Below, piece by piece: positions 22,726 to 34,083 of a stretch of 49,552 nt of DNA. The stretch's first letter is position 1. The number at the start of each line of letters is the position of its first letter. Source of the stretch: Eremomyces bilateralis CBS 781.70. Taxonomy: Eukaryota. The stretch lies in the NCBI GenBank assembly GCA_010015585.1, contig ML975172.1. One strand, written 5' to 3'. The notes under the pieces are model-generated. The model saw only the letters and a program-made list of their open reading frames with translations, was not told where the DNA came from and did no database searches. The position numbers and the translations under genes are program-made.

Positions 22726-25410
22726 CTACTCCCCGGCCCCGCCACTCGCCCTCCTCACCTCCTTCTTCATCCACTCCTTCAAACTCCTCCGCCTCCCTAT
22801 CCTCCCGCTCTCCGGACTCCCACCCCCACTCCCCGACGTCGACACTGACTTCGTACTCACACTCGGCGTCCGCTCCAACACCGCCGTCTCCTCGCTCTTC
22901 CGCGGACTCGGCGTCCGCGGCCGCGCCTTCGCTAACGTCGGCTTCTTCGTCGGGCTGGGGATCCGCGTGCGGCTCTTCTCGCGACTCGCCCGGTCGTCGA
23001 CGGCGCGCATGTTTCCGTCGTAGCTCGCGTCGAAGCTTGCGCCTGTGCCGATCGAGATGCCGCTGGCGTTGCTGTTTTGTCGACGGTTCATGTAGCGCTT
23101 CGCGTGCGGGCTGTTGGAGGCGTGGGACCGCCGCGCCGCTGCCGGCGCCGACTTTGCGTCCGGTTTTGCATCCGACTTCGTGGCTGACTTCGTCTCCGCT
23201 GTCGTCTTCTCCGGTGCCTACACTTGTCAGTCCCTAATCGAAAAGGGGCCAAGCGGGTACCGATGTCGAAACAACGACTGTGTATTTATTCGCTCCTGCT
23301 TACATTGCTCTCGGGAGGATTTTCGCTAACGACCTCCGCGTACGATAAGTTGCTTGTGGACGGATTCTCGCTAGCGACCTCCGCGTACGATGGGTTGTCG
23401 GAGACGAAGATGTGGGCAGGCGGGGATTGTTTGCTTTCGCGGATCTCGGACGCGCCGAAGGTGCCATAGGCGGAGTCGCCGGGGGCGAGGTAGGAGGAGC
23501 GGGAGATGGGGGCGTCGTCGTCGTGGGGGGTGTGGGTGAGGGTTTCTTGGACGGTGGAGGTAGTGGAGTCGACAGCGTCGGTGAGACTGCCTTTGGCGGC
23601 GGTGAGGATTTCGTGGGCGATTTGCGTGACGTGGGGGAGGGCATCCTGGACTTTCTCCGCGGCGTGCTGGCCGCCTTCGTGCAGCTTCTCGGCGACTTGA
23701 CTTCCCTTCTCTTTCGTCGCGTCCACCACCTTACCTCCGGTCTGCTTCGCCTCCTTTTTCACGTGTCTCCCCTGCTCCCGCACCGCACTGGGGCTCGCCG
23801 ACCGCGCCACCCGCTCCGCCGCCTCCACCACGCCTTCCTCGGCGCTTTCACCTAATCTGTTCAGTTCCCGATCGACAGCTCCAGCCGCCTCTTCAACGGA
23901 CCTTGATAACCTCCTTCGATGACTCCCGATACTCTGCTTCTCGTGCAGCTGCTTCGCGGCCGCATAGCGCCGGCTGTAACTTCGGATGAAGAACCGCACG
24001 AACAGCACCGTCAGCGGTGCCAGGTAGATCAGGTTCAACCACACCGCAAAACTCTGTCCCGCCGTGTCGATGCAGTCGACTTCCTGGTACACCGTCTCGT
24101 ATTGCGTCTGGAATCGCTCCTTCAGCTTCGTCGGCGCGTTCAAGATTTTCTGCGACGCCTCATGCGCGGGCACTTCAGGCATGGAGGGAAGGACATCGCC
24201 CGATCGGAGCGCGTTGTTGGCGAGGCCTTCTTCGCCGAACGCGCGGAGGATCCCGGCGTGCAGGAACGGGAGCCATTTGATCCCCGACGTCGCTGCCGAG
24301 GCCGCTGCCGAAAAGGCGGAGGAGACAGAGCTGGGGGCGGCCGTGGCAGCGGACGAGAGTGACGACGCGGCATTGACGGCCACTTGGATAGGTGTGGAGA
24401 CCGGGACCGTATACTTGACGAAGAGATGCAGTGCGGCGAAGGTGAATCCGACCAGGAACTGCGTGATTTGCAAGGTGGTCAGGGTACGCTTGATGACCTG
24501 CTTCACGGGGATCCGCAGGGCAGACAGGGTGTAGTAAGTGTACTGAACACTGTTAGCAGATGTGCCATTATGATTGAACACCGAAACTGACCATAAGCGC
24601 ATGGATGCCGGAGTTGATGAATGCAAAGATCCAAATCGGCGGCCCCATGTACCTAATGCCCGCCCACATGCAGAACATGGCCCCGGCATGATGATACGTC
24701 TGCAACGTGCTGCTCCGCTTCCCCTTCGCCAAAATGATCGCCGTATCCACCACCTCATAGAACTTGCTGAGATAGAACCACCACCCCCAAAACGCCAACC
24801 CCTCATTCCACAGCCGCCCGACATCACGCGAATCCGGCGACACCACCCCCGGCGCCACCACATCCTGCGCCAACTGGACCGCCGCGTTCTTCGACTGCCA
24901 GATCCCGCCCGTCACGTTGTAGTAGACCGCATCCCCGAACCCGCGCGGCCCGTGGATCTTGCACAACGCGTCCGCCGCGCCTGCAATCCCGTTCTCCGTC
25001 CGTAGCCCCGGCCACATCTTCCCCAGGAACTCGTACTCGCGATGCGACGGCCACGAATGGCGCAGGGCGCGTAGCATGGCGACGAAGGTCAGGGCGGAGT
25101 AGACGGCCAGCAGCACATTGTGCAGGATGACGAAAGCGTGGAAGGCACGGGTCTTGCTGATGGCCCAGGGCTTGAAGCCGCGGCGGCGGTTGACACCGTT
25201 GAGAGACACGGCAGTGATGGCGTAGAGGGTAGCGATGGTGATGGGCCATCTGACGTCGAGAACGGAGTTGAAGAGGGCCGGGGGAATGGTGAAGGGGGCG
25301 GCGAGGGTGCCGCTGGCGGACGGGGCAGGGAGCGCGGGTGGTTCGGGGGGTGGAGGGAAGGTGAAGAGGCTGAGGGGGGGGAGGCGGAAGGAGATGGAGG
25401 GACCGGACAT
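22726..25410 (-). CDS. GNS1/SUR4 (ELO) fatty-acid elongase family protein with long extensions, 3 exons (introns 24591-24543, 23303-23218), ~849 aa
   Basis: HNVLLAVYS, FYLSKFYEVVDT, variant His box LQTYHH, NSGIHALM|YTYY, TTLQITQF and LFVRFFIRSY. Both introns are canonical (GTCAGT/GCTAAC/CAG and GTAAGC/ACTGAC/TAG) and join ORFs 24568-25410, 23286-24863 and 22726-23091 in frame. Confidence 0.88.
23317..23391 (-). repeat. Internal duplication with a 45-bp period encoding SYAEV(A/V)SENP twice
   Basis: GGATT(T/C)TCGCTA(A/G)CGACCTCCGCGTACGAT at 23317 and 23362, 28/30 identical. Confidence 0.85.
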
Positions 25411-28400
25411 GGTTGCGGTGGGGGGATATACCGGTGGAAGATGTAAGGAGGAGGGAGAGGGGAAGGAATGGAGAGATGGGAAGTGGTAGAGCGGTTGATA
25501 TTCCTCAATGCTGGGGTGGAGGGTTGATAAGTGTGTGTCGTGTGCGGGTCTAGGGACTGTGGCAGGGCTGCAAAGCCAATTGTTGCCAAGTCGATAATCT
25601 CAATTCATACAAGAAGGAAGGACATGTGAAAGAGAGCGATTTGCAGGATTCGGAAGGGATTTAAGTGTTGAGGAACGGAGACGGAGTGAAAAATGAGGTA
25701 GTGTTGTAGAGTGTGGAGTTGCAGAGGGTGAGGATTGTTTGGCGTTGGAGAAAACGGAAAGTTTCCCGCTTCCTCGTGTTGCGTTTGGCCGCTTTTTCTT
25801 CAACCTGGTGCTAGATTGTCAACGCCAGTGGGGAGACAGGAATTAATGACGTTGGTTTGGGTCGTGATAGGCACTGGGAGGCAAATGCGGTGATAGAATG
25901 ATACAATCATAAAATAATCGAATTCCAGAGATCTATACGGAAACCTTGGAACTGTGTCTCTCACCTGTTCCCGTATGCCTCTGCCTATTCCTATCAACAA
26001 GTAAATTCGGAATCTACTAATCTAGCTACCTAAGGTAATTAATCCATGCACAATTGATAAATTGAAGATTTCATCTACATACTATGTACAGTCCAGGCTG
26101 ACCATGGATACTTAAGCGTTCTCCTCTTCCCATTACCATTGGTAGAATCCTACAACCACATGCGAAATGCCTTCCTCCCCTGCCTCTGTCCCATCCAATG
26201 ATACAATCCATTTGTCGTATTTTCATGTGGAAGAACCGGGCACCATGACACTAACATCTGAAAACCATCTGTTTGAATGGTCCCCCCTTGGCTGAATAAT
26301 GAAGCTGTGAGGAATGGACGGGACATGGGCACATCGCCAACTACCGGACCCAAGTCCGTCGCATATTCCGTATCGCACATCGAAGCCTAGGATTCACCAT
26401 GTGCTTGGCGCCGTTGAAGTGGACCCTTGAGTTTGCGCGTCTCCGCCGTTTCGTGATGCTTGTTTGAAATCTGCGGACGGTAGGGACGGGGACAAGCGCT
26501 GATGGATGATGGTTCAAGCCTAAAAGAGGCGGAGATGCACTGCGGGTCAGGGTATTGCTGGTGTTTGGGCGTGATGGCTCGTATACAGATTAGAATACCG
26601 AGTCAATATTCATCAGATGTTGTCTCTTCAATCTTCCGAGGATCTGAATCCCTGAATGCGATACGGATGCTTGATTTGGGGGACGGGAATCCGATGGGAG
26701 GAAGATTCGTGGTCGCAGGGTCCAATCCATTCCGTCTACAAACATCGTCTCCCCAGCATTAAGAGCAGCCAAATCATCTCCAAATCACTGATGACCGAAC
26801 ACATCCAAACTAGCGAGACATATGCTCCGAAAAGAGGAGGATAAATATTACCTTGGTGCCATCCCCCAGATCAAATCAACGGCTATCACCAAATCCCTAA
26901 ACATCTCCGCGAGTCCCATCCCAACAACGTCACAGATGACATCAGTCCAGCATCATATCATGACCAGCAACTCTCTAGTGATATCAAACCCTTAAGGACG
27001 ACGCAGGGTCCAATTACGGTGATACAGATGTTCCTTGGGTGATTTATCTTCACGAAAATCACACCGTGATGCAAATCTCAATCCATCCAGCCCATATGCA
27101 CACGTCGATAATTCCTAATTTCCTACCATCTTGATATCCTCTCCTCCTATTCCTATCCCACCAACCAAAGTCAACATACAACATACTACCATCCATCACC
27201 CAACAATCCCGCGATCGTTCGCTTGCTGGGGATGTGGTGCTGATGAGAGTGATAGGTGTAGCTAGGTACTGTACCTACTTAGGCGAGGGGGCTGGAGTCG
27301 ATCGGGACTAGATCCGGAAGCTGGTCAACGTGCGACGCGGTTCATCGACAACGGCGTCGAGCGCATTATGTCGAAAGCGAAGACACCACGAAGAACCTGA
27401 AGGCATGGCGTATCGATGTGATGTCTCAGATCATGAAGGAGCTGCGTTCCAGAGAGGTCATGCTCCAAGATTGGTCGATCGTTCCCTTGTCATCGTTCTG
27501 TTCGTTCGATTCTATCGAGATCCGATGGCCCATTCCCAGCAGCGACCGATCCGGCGGTCTTCAACCAGTATATTCACGCTCCGCATATATGTCAACCGCT
27601 TCGTAAGTCACTCTTAGATCGGGCAGTTGGCCGGGCTAAGGCCAGGGATTTGGGGGAAGTCCGACACGTTTGCGAAGGGCATCTCGTTCGGGGAAGGGTA
27701 GAGGTAGGTAACAGGGAAGGTCTGAGGAATGGTCGAATGTTCTATTACGACTCCACGAGGGCTTAATCTTGCTCTACGGTAGTAATCCTTTAATTACCTG
27801 GCTAATTGAAGCGGTTTGTATGAAACATCTCCTGGATTCGGAGCTACGGCTTAGTATAATGTGTAGCGTACTAATAATGCCTTATGCCACGTGTCGGGGA
27901 CCTATCCGTCTATGGACTTTTGTACCCCCCCATGACGTAATAACCATCGTCTCAACCAACTTCCGTTGGAGGTTGATACAGTAAGGTGTAGGGTGGGCGT
28001 TGGACGCTGCGGTCCATCCACTCGAAAACTAATACCACGCGGCCCGGTTTGCCCCGGTTTCTCCCAGGCGCAATCCACATCACCACCCCAGAGCCCCCCT
28101 CAAATTCCACCACACCTCCAAAGCCCCCCGAAGTCGACGAAGAACCTCCACTCCCGCCACCACCTCCCGCCACCTCCCGCAACCCACCCCCCTCATGCGG
28201 AACGGGTGGCTGAAAGAGTGCGCCGTGAGGTTGAGGAGCGAGCTGTTGGTGGAGAAGGACCGGTGGATTTGTAGGCGTTGGTGGGGTGCGATGGTTGTGG
28301 GGAGGTGAGGGCAATGGTGTGGAGGAGAGGGAGGGAGGGAGGGATATGAGGCGGTGTTTGAGATGGAGGTAGGAGATGGGAGATGGGGTGATTGCTTGCG

Positions 28401-28551
28401 AATCTCGGACGGATGGAGACCGAAGTACGATTTCGATTTCGTCACTACCTTGGCCGCTATCTACCTCCACCCAGCACGAGTACAATCTGACGTAGATGAA
28501 CCGACGCAGGACGCAGGACCTTTGCCGATCGCCGATACCGATACGCGATCC

Positions 28552-29698
28552 TCAGCCCATCAACTGTAGCTGATCGTCTGGCGGCCACCGCGTCTGCGCA
28601 AACGTCAAGCAGCGTTTGATGCTCTGCAGGAATTTTCTCGTGATCTCGTCGCTCATGATGTGCGCCGTTTTATCGCTCTCGTGGAGTTTCTCGCGGGCCG
28701 AACGCTCGTGGATGCCGACCATGGTGACGCCGATGGGCCAGGCGCTGCAATGTATAGTTAGTTTACGAAGTCCAACGAACGGGGGGTGGTAGGAAGGAAA
28801 TAGAAAGGTCTGTCACTTACGCCTTGCCGATGCTCAGCCGCAGATACGCGTCATTCGCATCCACATATCGCCGCGCCTGCATATACCGCACGATCTCCAT
28901 AATCGGCTCCAAGATCCCATCATCCAACTCCTTCTTCTCCATCCGCTTAAACAATGGCTTCATGTCCTCCCGCGCCCGCACCATAGCCGAATACGCCGCC
29001 TTCCCCTGAAAGCTCTTCTGAACCTCCGCCTCGCGCGCCCCCAGCGCCGCCTCCCATTCGCTCAGCACCATCGTGAAGTAGCTCGCCAGCTGGCTGTATA
29101 CCACCTGCCGCCCGTCGTGGTCCGTCGGCATCGTTTCCCCGATTTTCATCTCCGCTTCTGGCACCAGCTTCAATGTCGTTGGAATCGGGCCAGTTGATAC
29201 CGTCACCACTTTTTGCCCGGTCAGTCGCTTATACCGCAGTCGCCGCGCCCGATCCCCCTCCCCAAACAACCGCACCGGCTCCCCCATCTCCCTCAACCCT
29301 TTCACCAGCTCCTCCTCATCCATCTCCCCCTCTTTCTCTCCCTCCTCCTTCTTCTCCTCCACCACTACCTCCGGCAACCCCAATCTTCTCCTCCTCTTTC
29401 TCTCCTTTTCTCTCTCCTCCTCTTCCCTCACCACACGACTCTCCTCTGCCAACCTCCTCCGCTTCTCCTCCCTCATCCTCGCCTTCTCCGCTTCATCCTC
29501 CTCGTATTTCCGCTTCTCCACGCGCTTCGTTTCGCGGGCCGCAGCGAGCGCTTCTTGCTCGGCGAGGTAGGCGGCTTCGCGTTGCGCTTCGAGCTCAGAG
29601 CGCTTGAGATATTTCTTTTGGTTAGGGCCGGTGGCGGGGGATTGGGAGGAGGATTTGGAGGCGGAGATTTGGGATTTGAGGAGGGAGGCGAAGTCCAT
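28552..29698 (-). CDS. PRP18: Pre-mRNA splicing factor Prp18 (intron 28820-28745), 356 aa
   Basis: LREMGEPVRLFGEGDRARRLR (SFM/PRP4-like motif) and YVDANDAYLRLSIGKA|AWPIGVTMVGIHERSAREKL...IMSDEITRKFLQSIKRC. Confidence 0.97.
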
Positions 29699-30158
29699 GG
29701 TTGGGGTATGGGGATCGATGGATGGGGGGTCGTGGATGCAGCCGCTGGGCTGGATATAGAATGGGTTGCTCAAGTTGTTGGTGGGAGGTTGTAGTGTGTG
29801 AAATGTTATGAGTTCAAAGTGAAACCCACATGGTTGTTGACATTGTTGATGTTGTTGACGTTGTTGGAGTGAGAGATATGGTGTGAGTTTGAAGGGGGTG
29901 GATTCCTCCCCCGCGAAATCTTTCCACTGCAGAGTTCTGCCGAAGATCAACCGAACAACCTCACCTCTCGTCTTTCATTGATGTCACTGCGTTGCACCCA
30001 TTAAACCTTCGTCGCATCAGTGTATATCAGTTCTTCAGTCCTTAACTGTACCAAAGGTCATTCAGGTTTGCATAGTTGATGCTGGCCTAAAAGCCAATGC
30101 GCTCCTCCTCCTTCAACTGAGCACCTGTACTGTGCTCCGCACGCGCGATACATACGCA

Positions 30159-30922
30159 ATGGCAGCACCACCAGCCAAGATCGATCGCCAGAAAACGACA
30201 CCTTTCCTCCTTAAACTATTCTACAGAACTGGTGGATATCACAGGTACCTCCCCCCTCACACTCTACACCATATCCCTCCGACCAGCCCGCAACTAACTC
30301 CTCTAGACTCGATGAATTCACCCCAAACAGCCCCCAACCTCCCCCCCCCCACCTCCAAATCTACACCTGGCCCACCTGCTCCCTCCGCGAACTAACCCAC
30401 CTCCTCACCGCTGCCCTCCCCTCCCTCCTCCCCTCCCCCGCCATCGGCACCCGCCTCACCTTCCGCCTCATCTTCCCCGACACCCGCTCCTCTGGCCCCG
30501 GCCCCCCACGCTACATCGCGAAAGACCTCGGAAGCGTGGTCATCGGCGCGGGCGGCCCCGGGGTCGAAGGAATTGAAGGCGCGACCACCGAAGACGAGAC
30601 GCGGAAGGCGCTGGAGAAGCTCGACGGCGATGCGGAGAAGACGTTGCAGGATGCGCGGTTCGTGATTGGGGATTATGTCGACTGTGCGGTCTTTCCGCCG
30701 TTGCCGAATGGGGATGTGGCAGCAGGATCGGCGCCGAGGTTTGCGGGACCGATGACGGGGGGCCCGGGGCGGGAGAATGGGTTTGGTGGTGGGCCGATTA
30801 GGCATGGGAGGGGGTTTCGGAACGAGGGGAGGGGTGGGAGTTTCTTGAGTGGGGATTGGAGGAGGGGAGAGGTACCGCCTGGGGGTGGGTTTCGTGGGAG
30901 GGGAAGGAGAGGGGGATATTGA
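30159..30922 (+). CDS. SAP18: Sin3-associated polypeptide SAP18 with an RGG tail (intron 30245-30306)
   Basis: IDRQKTTPFLLKLFY...HR|LDEF, LQIYTWPTCSLREL, KTLQDARFVIGDYVDCAV and a Gly/Arg-rich C-terminus. Confidence 0.95.
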
Positions 30923-31111
30923 TGGCGTTTGGATGATATCGATCTGTTGCTTTGGTGGCGCACATGGCAAACGTCACTATGGGACGCAGATATTCTCGAT
31001 TAAATGTACCGCTTGAAGTCATATTTGCAGCGGGAACTACTAACTACTAGCCCTGGAAGGGCATGTACGATATTTTGTTAAAGAAATTCAAAACATTGAC
31101 GGACACAAGTT

Positions 31112-31176
31112 AAAAAAGGTACTAGCCAGACTCGAACCCATCTCTCACTCCTGCACTCAAATACCCCCTTAGTACC
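31112..31176 (-). other. tRNA-like relic or possible Pol III element (B-box plus T6 terminator)
   Basis: On the - strand GGTACTA...TAGTACC forms a 7-bp closing stem around a 59-nt unit. It contains GGTTCGAGTC at the T-loop position and is followed by TTTTTT. No D-arm or anticodon-arm pairing is visible. Confidence 0.3.
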
Positions 31177-32418
31177 CCCTGTCCAAAACATAGCGTCCAA
31201 CCAAAGAGCAAAACTATAAAGCTTCGTGCGCCCTAGGTGACGGAGTCTCCCAGGCATTGAACAACCTCCCCACCCAGGTTTCTGGGTGTAGTGGAAGCGT
31301 CCTCGAGCGAACTCCAATTTTTCCAGCTAGTACTTGTCGGTATGGTGACACACCTTAGAGATGTGCTGCTGCTGAAGTGTTGTCACTACGCCATTCTACC
31401 ATTTCCCGCTGATAATTCAAGCTGCTTGATTAACTTATATATTGCATTTCATTCGCCCCCTTATTTATCACCTATTCAGTCCTATCTGATATTGATCTCG
31501 CTGCCTCTATTCTCGCTTGTCCTGTGTCGAGTGAATTCCAGTCCTTCCCTTCGGCTACCATACCTGCCCAGTGTATCATGATTTGCTGTCTACTACACCG
31601 GATTATGTCTGTCTCCTCTCCTTCCGAATTTGCCCGCTACCGGTTTTGCTTTCGACCTATCCTCATCTTCTGGCTACCAAGACCGCCGCAGTGCATTTGG
31701 GATTCCATGGTTTTGATTTTTACGTTCTGTACGCATGATGATCGCACTTGGAAACCATTATGAACTATGTTTGTTCTATGATTGGTTTGATACCACCTGA
31801 AAGCCCATTCTGCTACTGGTTGACTGTTAGATCCTTAATACGGAGGAGAGAGCATATACAACGCCAAGCAGAACCCACTGCCTACAAGATTCCTCCATCT
31901 TCCCACCCTATTCTTGCTTAATGCTGATGAGATATCAACATGTGTTGAGGGTAAAATAAAACTTTGAGGAGCGACTTCATGGAAGCTGTGGAGAGGGACA
32001 GGATACAATTGAGATTACTCTTCACCAATTAGATGCGATATGACCAGGCCTTCAGTATGGATTACGTGTTGAGGCGATTCATGATTGTGTGCTTCAGCAA
32101 CTGGAATACATAAAGGACGGAAGATACAAGTGAAGTAAAGCGAGTTTCTGACTTTCATGTAAGGAGATGATGAAAAGGACACGACACTCTAGACCGGCTT
32201 GACATATGTAAAAGGTTCCAACTTCGATGCAAAATCATATCTTTGGACGAGAGAAGGCACCTCATGCTGCATTATTCCTGGTGTCTTAGCGATAATGATT
32301 AAAACGATAAGATATTGGTCCAAAATATCAAGCGGCCCTTGGATTAGTGGATAGCTAATGGAATCTGCGGTAGGTAGGGGATCTGAAGGGGGTTTGGTTT
32401 AGACGAAGCTCCAGTTTC

Positions 32419-34083
32419 TTACGTCCCGTCATCGAACACCTTTCGTCCACCGTACCATGTCTGTTGAACCTTCGCCGCCAACAACTTCTCTGGATTGTGT
32501 TCCATATCCACAATGACAAAGTCCGCCCGTAATCCAGCTTCGAGACTCCCTGTCCTCAAGTCATCGAAGCACGAATATGCAGCACCTCTAGTGGCCCCTG
32601 AGATGGCTTGACTGAGCTCGAGTGCTTCCTGGCGGTTGATAGGCGGGTAATTTCCCTCGGGATTCTTTGCTGATTTCCGTGTCGTTGCAACGTAGAGGTT
32701 ATGCAACGGAGCGTGGGGGGCAGTTGGGGAATCCGACCCCAGAGCAAGTGTCGCACCCTTATCTTGCATCTCTCGATATGCGAACGCGCGCTCCAGTCGA
32801 TGCGGCCCAAGTAGTTTCGGCCAGGCTTGACAAATGGATGGATCAGAGTGGACAGGTTGAATGGATGCTGTGATGCCGTACTTATGGAGGAGTTCGGCAT
32901 CTCCCGGAGATGTTAACTCCAAGTGCTCAATTCTCGGTCTCTTCTCTGGCTCGATGTGAGTTCCAATCGCGTCAATTGCCATTCGTACCGTAGCATCGCC
33001 GATCGCGTGGAGGGCACACTGCAATCCAGCTGAATTGGCCTTCTCAATAACCGGACTGAGCATCGATGGAGTCCAGACTGGATCGGTAGAGAGTCCATTG
33101 CTGGAATACGGTTCTAGTAGTCCTGCTGTGCAAGCATCGACTATACCGTCACAGATGACCTTGATACCGACAATGCGAAGATCCGGAGACGTTGTGCTAT
33201 TGTACTTCTTGTTTAGAGCAATCGCCCGTTCGACCTGAGCCACTCGAGGGGCATGACTTTCCTGGTCTTGCGGGTCTTTGTCTGGCCTGATCAGCCAGTA
33301 CGCCGAGATACTGACTGACAGAGGCCCGTCTGCCTCTCTTAAAGCAAGGAGCGCTTCCCACCCATTCTCGTCCATCGCCATATCCACCATGCCGGTATAT
33401 CCCGCCTCGTTGTAAGTCTTCATCGCACCCCGTAGAGCACCCAGCTTCTCATCCATAGTCGCGAGGTTGGCCAAATGCGGCCAAACGATCCCAAAGGTCG
33501 CTGCTTCCCCCAATAGTCCCGTCGCTTTGCCAGTATCGTCACGGTCAATTGTCCCGCCAGCGGGAGCCGTCAACTCGTCCGCTCCAAGCTCTTTTAGCGC
33601 AGCGGTGTTGCACCATACGAAATGCAGATCCTTGGAGTCGATATACACAGGCCGCGGATCGAGATCATCAAGCATGGTGGCTTTAGCTTCGGAATTTGTC
33701 ATGGAGTGCATCCATCCTCGACAGAGGATCCTATCCTTATCCGGATGAGCCTGCGCATAGTCCTTAATCCGCGTACGGATTTCTTCAAGGTTCGTGCATC
33801 CAGTTAAGTCGACCTTTTGGAGGGATTGTCCGAGGATGAGGAGATGTATGTGTCCATCGACGAAGCCGGGCAAGACGATTTTCCCTTTCAGATCGCGTAT
33901 TGAGGGATTCTTCTTTCTGATGTCGTCAATGCTCTGGTCGGATTTGGCGCCGATGCTTTCAATCAATCCATCTTTGATGAACATATAGTCGTGGAATACT
34001 GGGTCTTCTCCCCGAGGACCGGAGGTGAAGAACACTCCATTGATGAATAATGTGCCATTGCTGCTTGACGTTTGTAATTCCAT
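32419..34083 (-). CDS. Amidohydrolase family 3 (YtcJ/LAF3-like metallo-amidohydrolase), intronless, ~554 aa
   Basis: DLKGKIVLPGFVDGHIHL (HxH), HFVWCNTAAL, TGLLGE, GIKVICDG, HAIGD, RIEHLE, LGSDSP and GSLEAGLRADFVIVD. Confidence 0.93.
   Translation of the reverse strand: MELQTSSSNGTLFINGVFFTSGPRGEDPVFHDYMFIKDGLIESIGAKSDQSIDDIRKKNPSIRDLKGKIVLPGFVDGHIHLLILGQSLQKVDLTGCTNLEEIRTRIKDYAQAHPDKDRILCRGWMHSMTNSEAKATMLDDLDPRPVYIDSKDLHFVWCNTAALKELGADELTAPAGGTIDRDDTGKATGLLGEAATFGIVWPHLANLATMDEKLGALRGAMKTYNEAGYTGMVDMAMDENGWEALLALREADGPLSVSISAYWLIRPDKDPQDQESHAPRVAQVERAIALNKKYNSTTSPDLRIVGIKVICDGIVDACTAGLLEPYSSNGLSTDPVWTPSMLSPVIEKANSAGLQCALHAIGDATVRMAIDAIGTHIEPEKRPRIEHLELTSPGDAELLHKYGITASIQPVHSDPSICQAWPKLLGPHRLERAFAYREMQDKGATLALGSDSPTAPHAPLHNLYVATTRKSAKNPEGNYPPINRQEALELSQAISGATRGAAYSCFDDLRTGSLEAGLRADFVIVDMEHNPEKLLAAKVQQTWYGGRKVFDDGT

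Noticed and set aside
25450..27750. Possible ncRNA or small genes in the long intergenic region upstream of the elongase
   Set aside because: No tRNA, snRNA or snoRNA box arrangement, or coding signature, that I could support.
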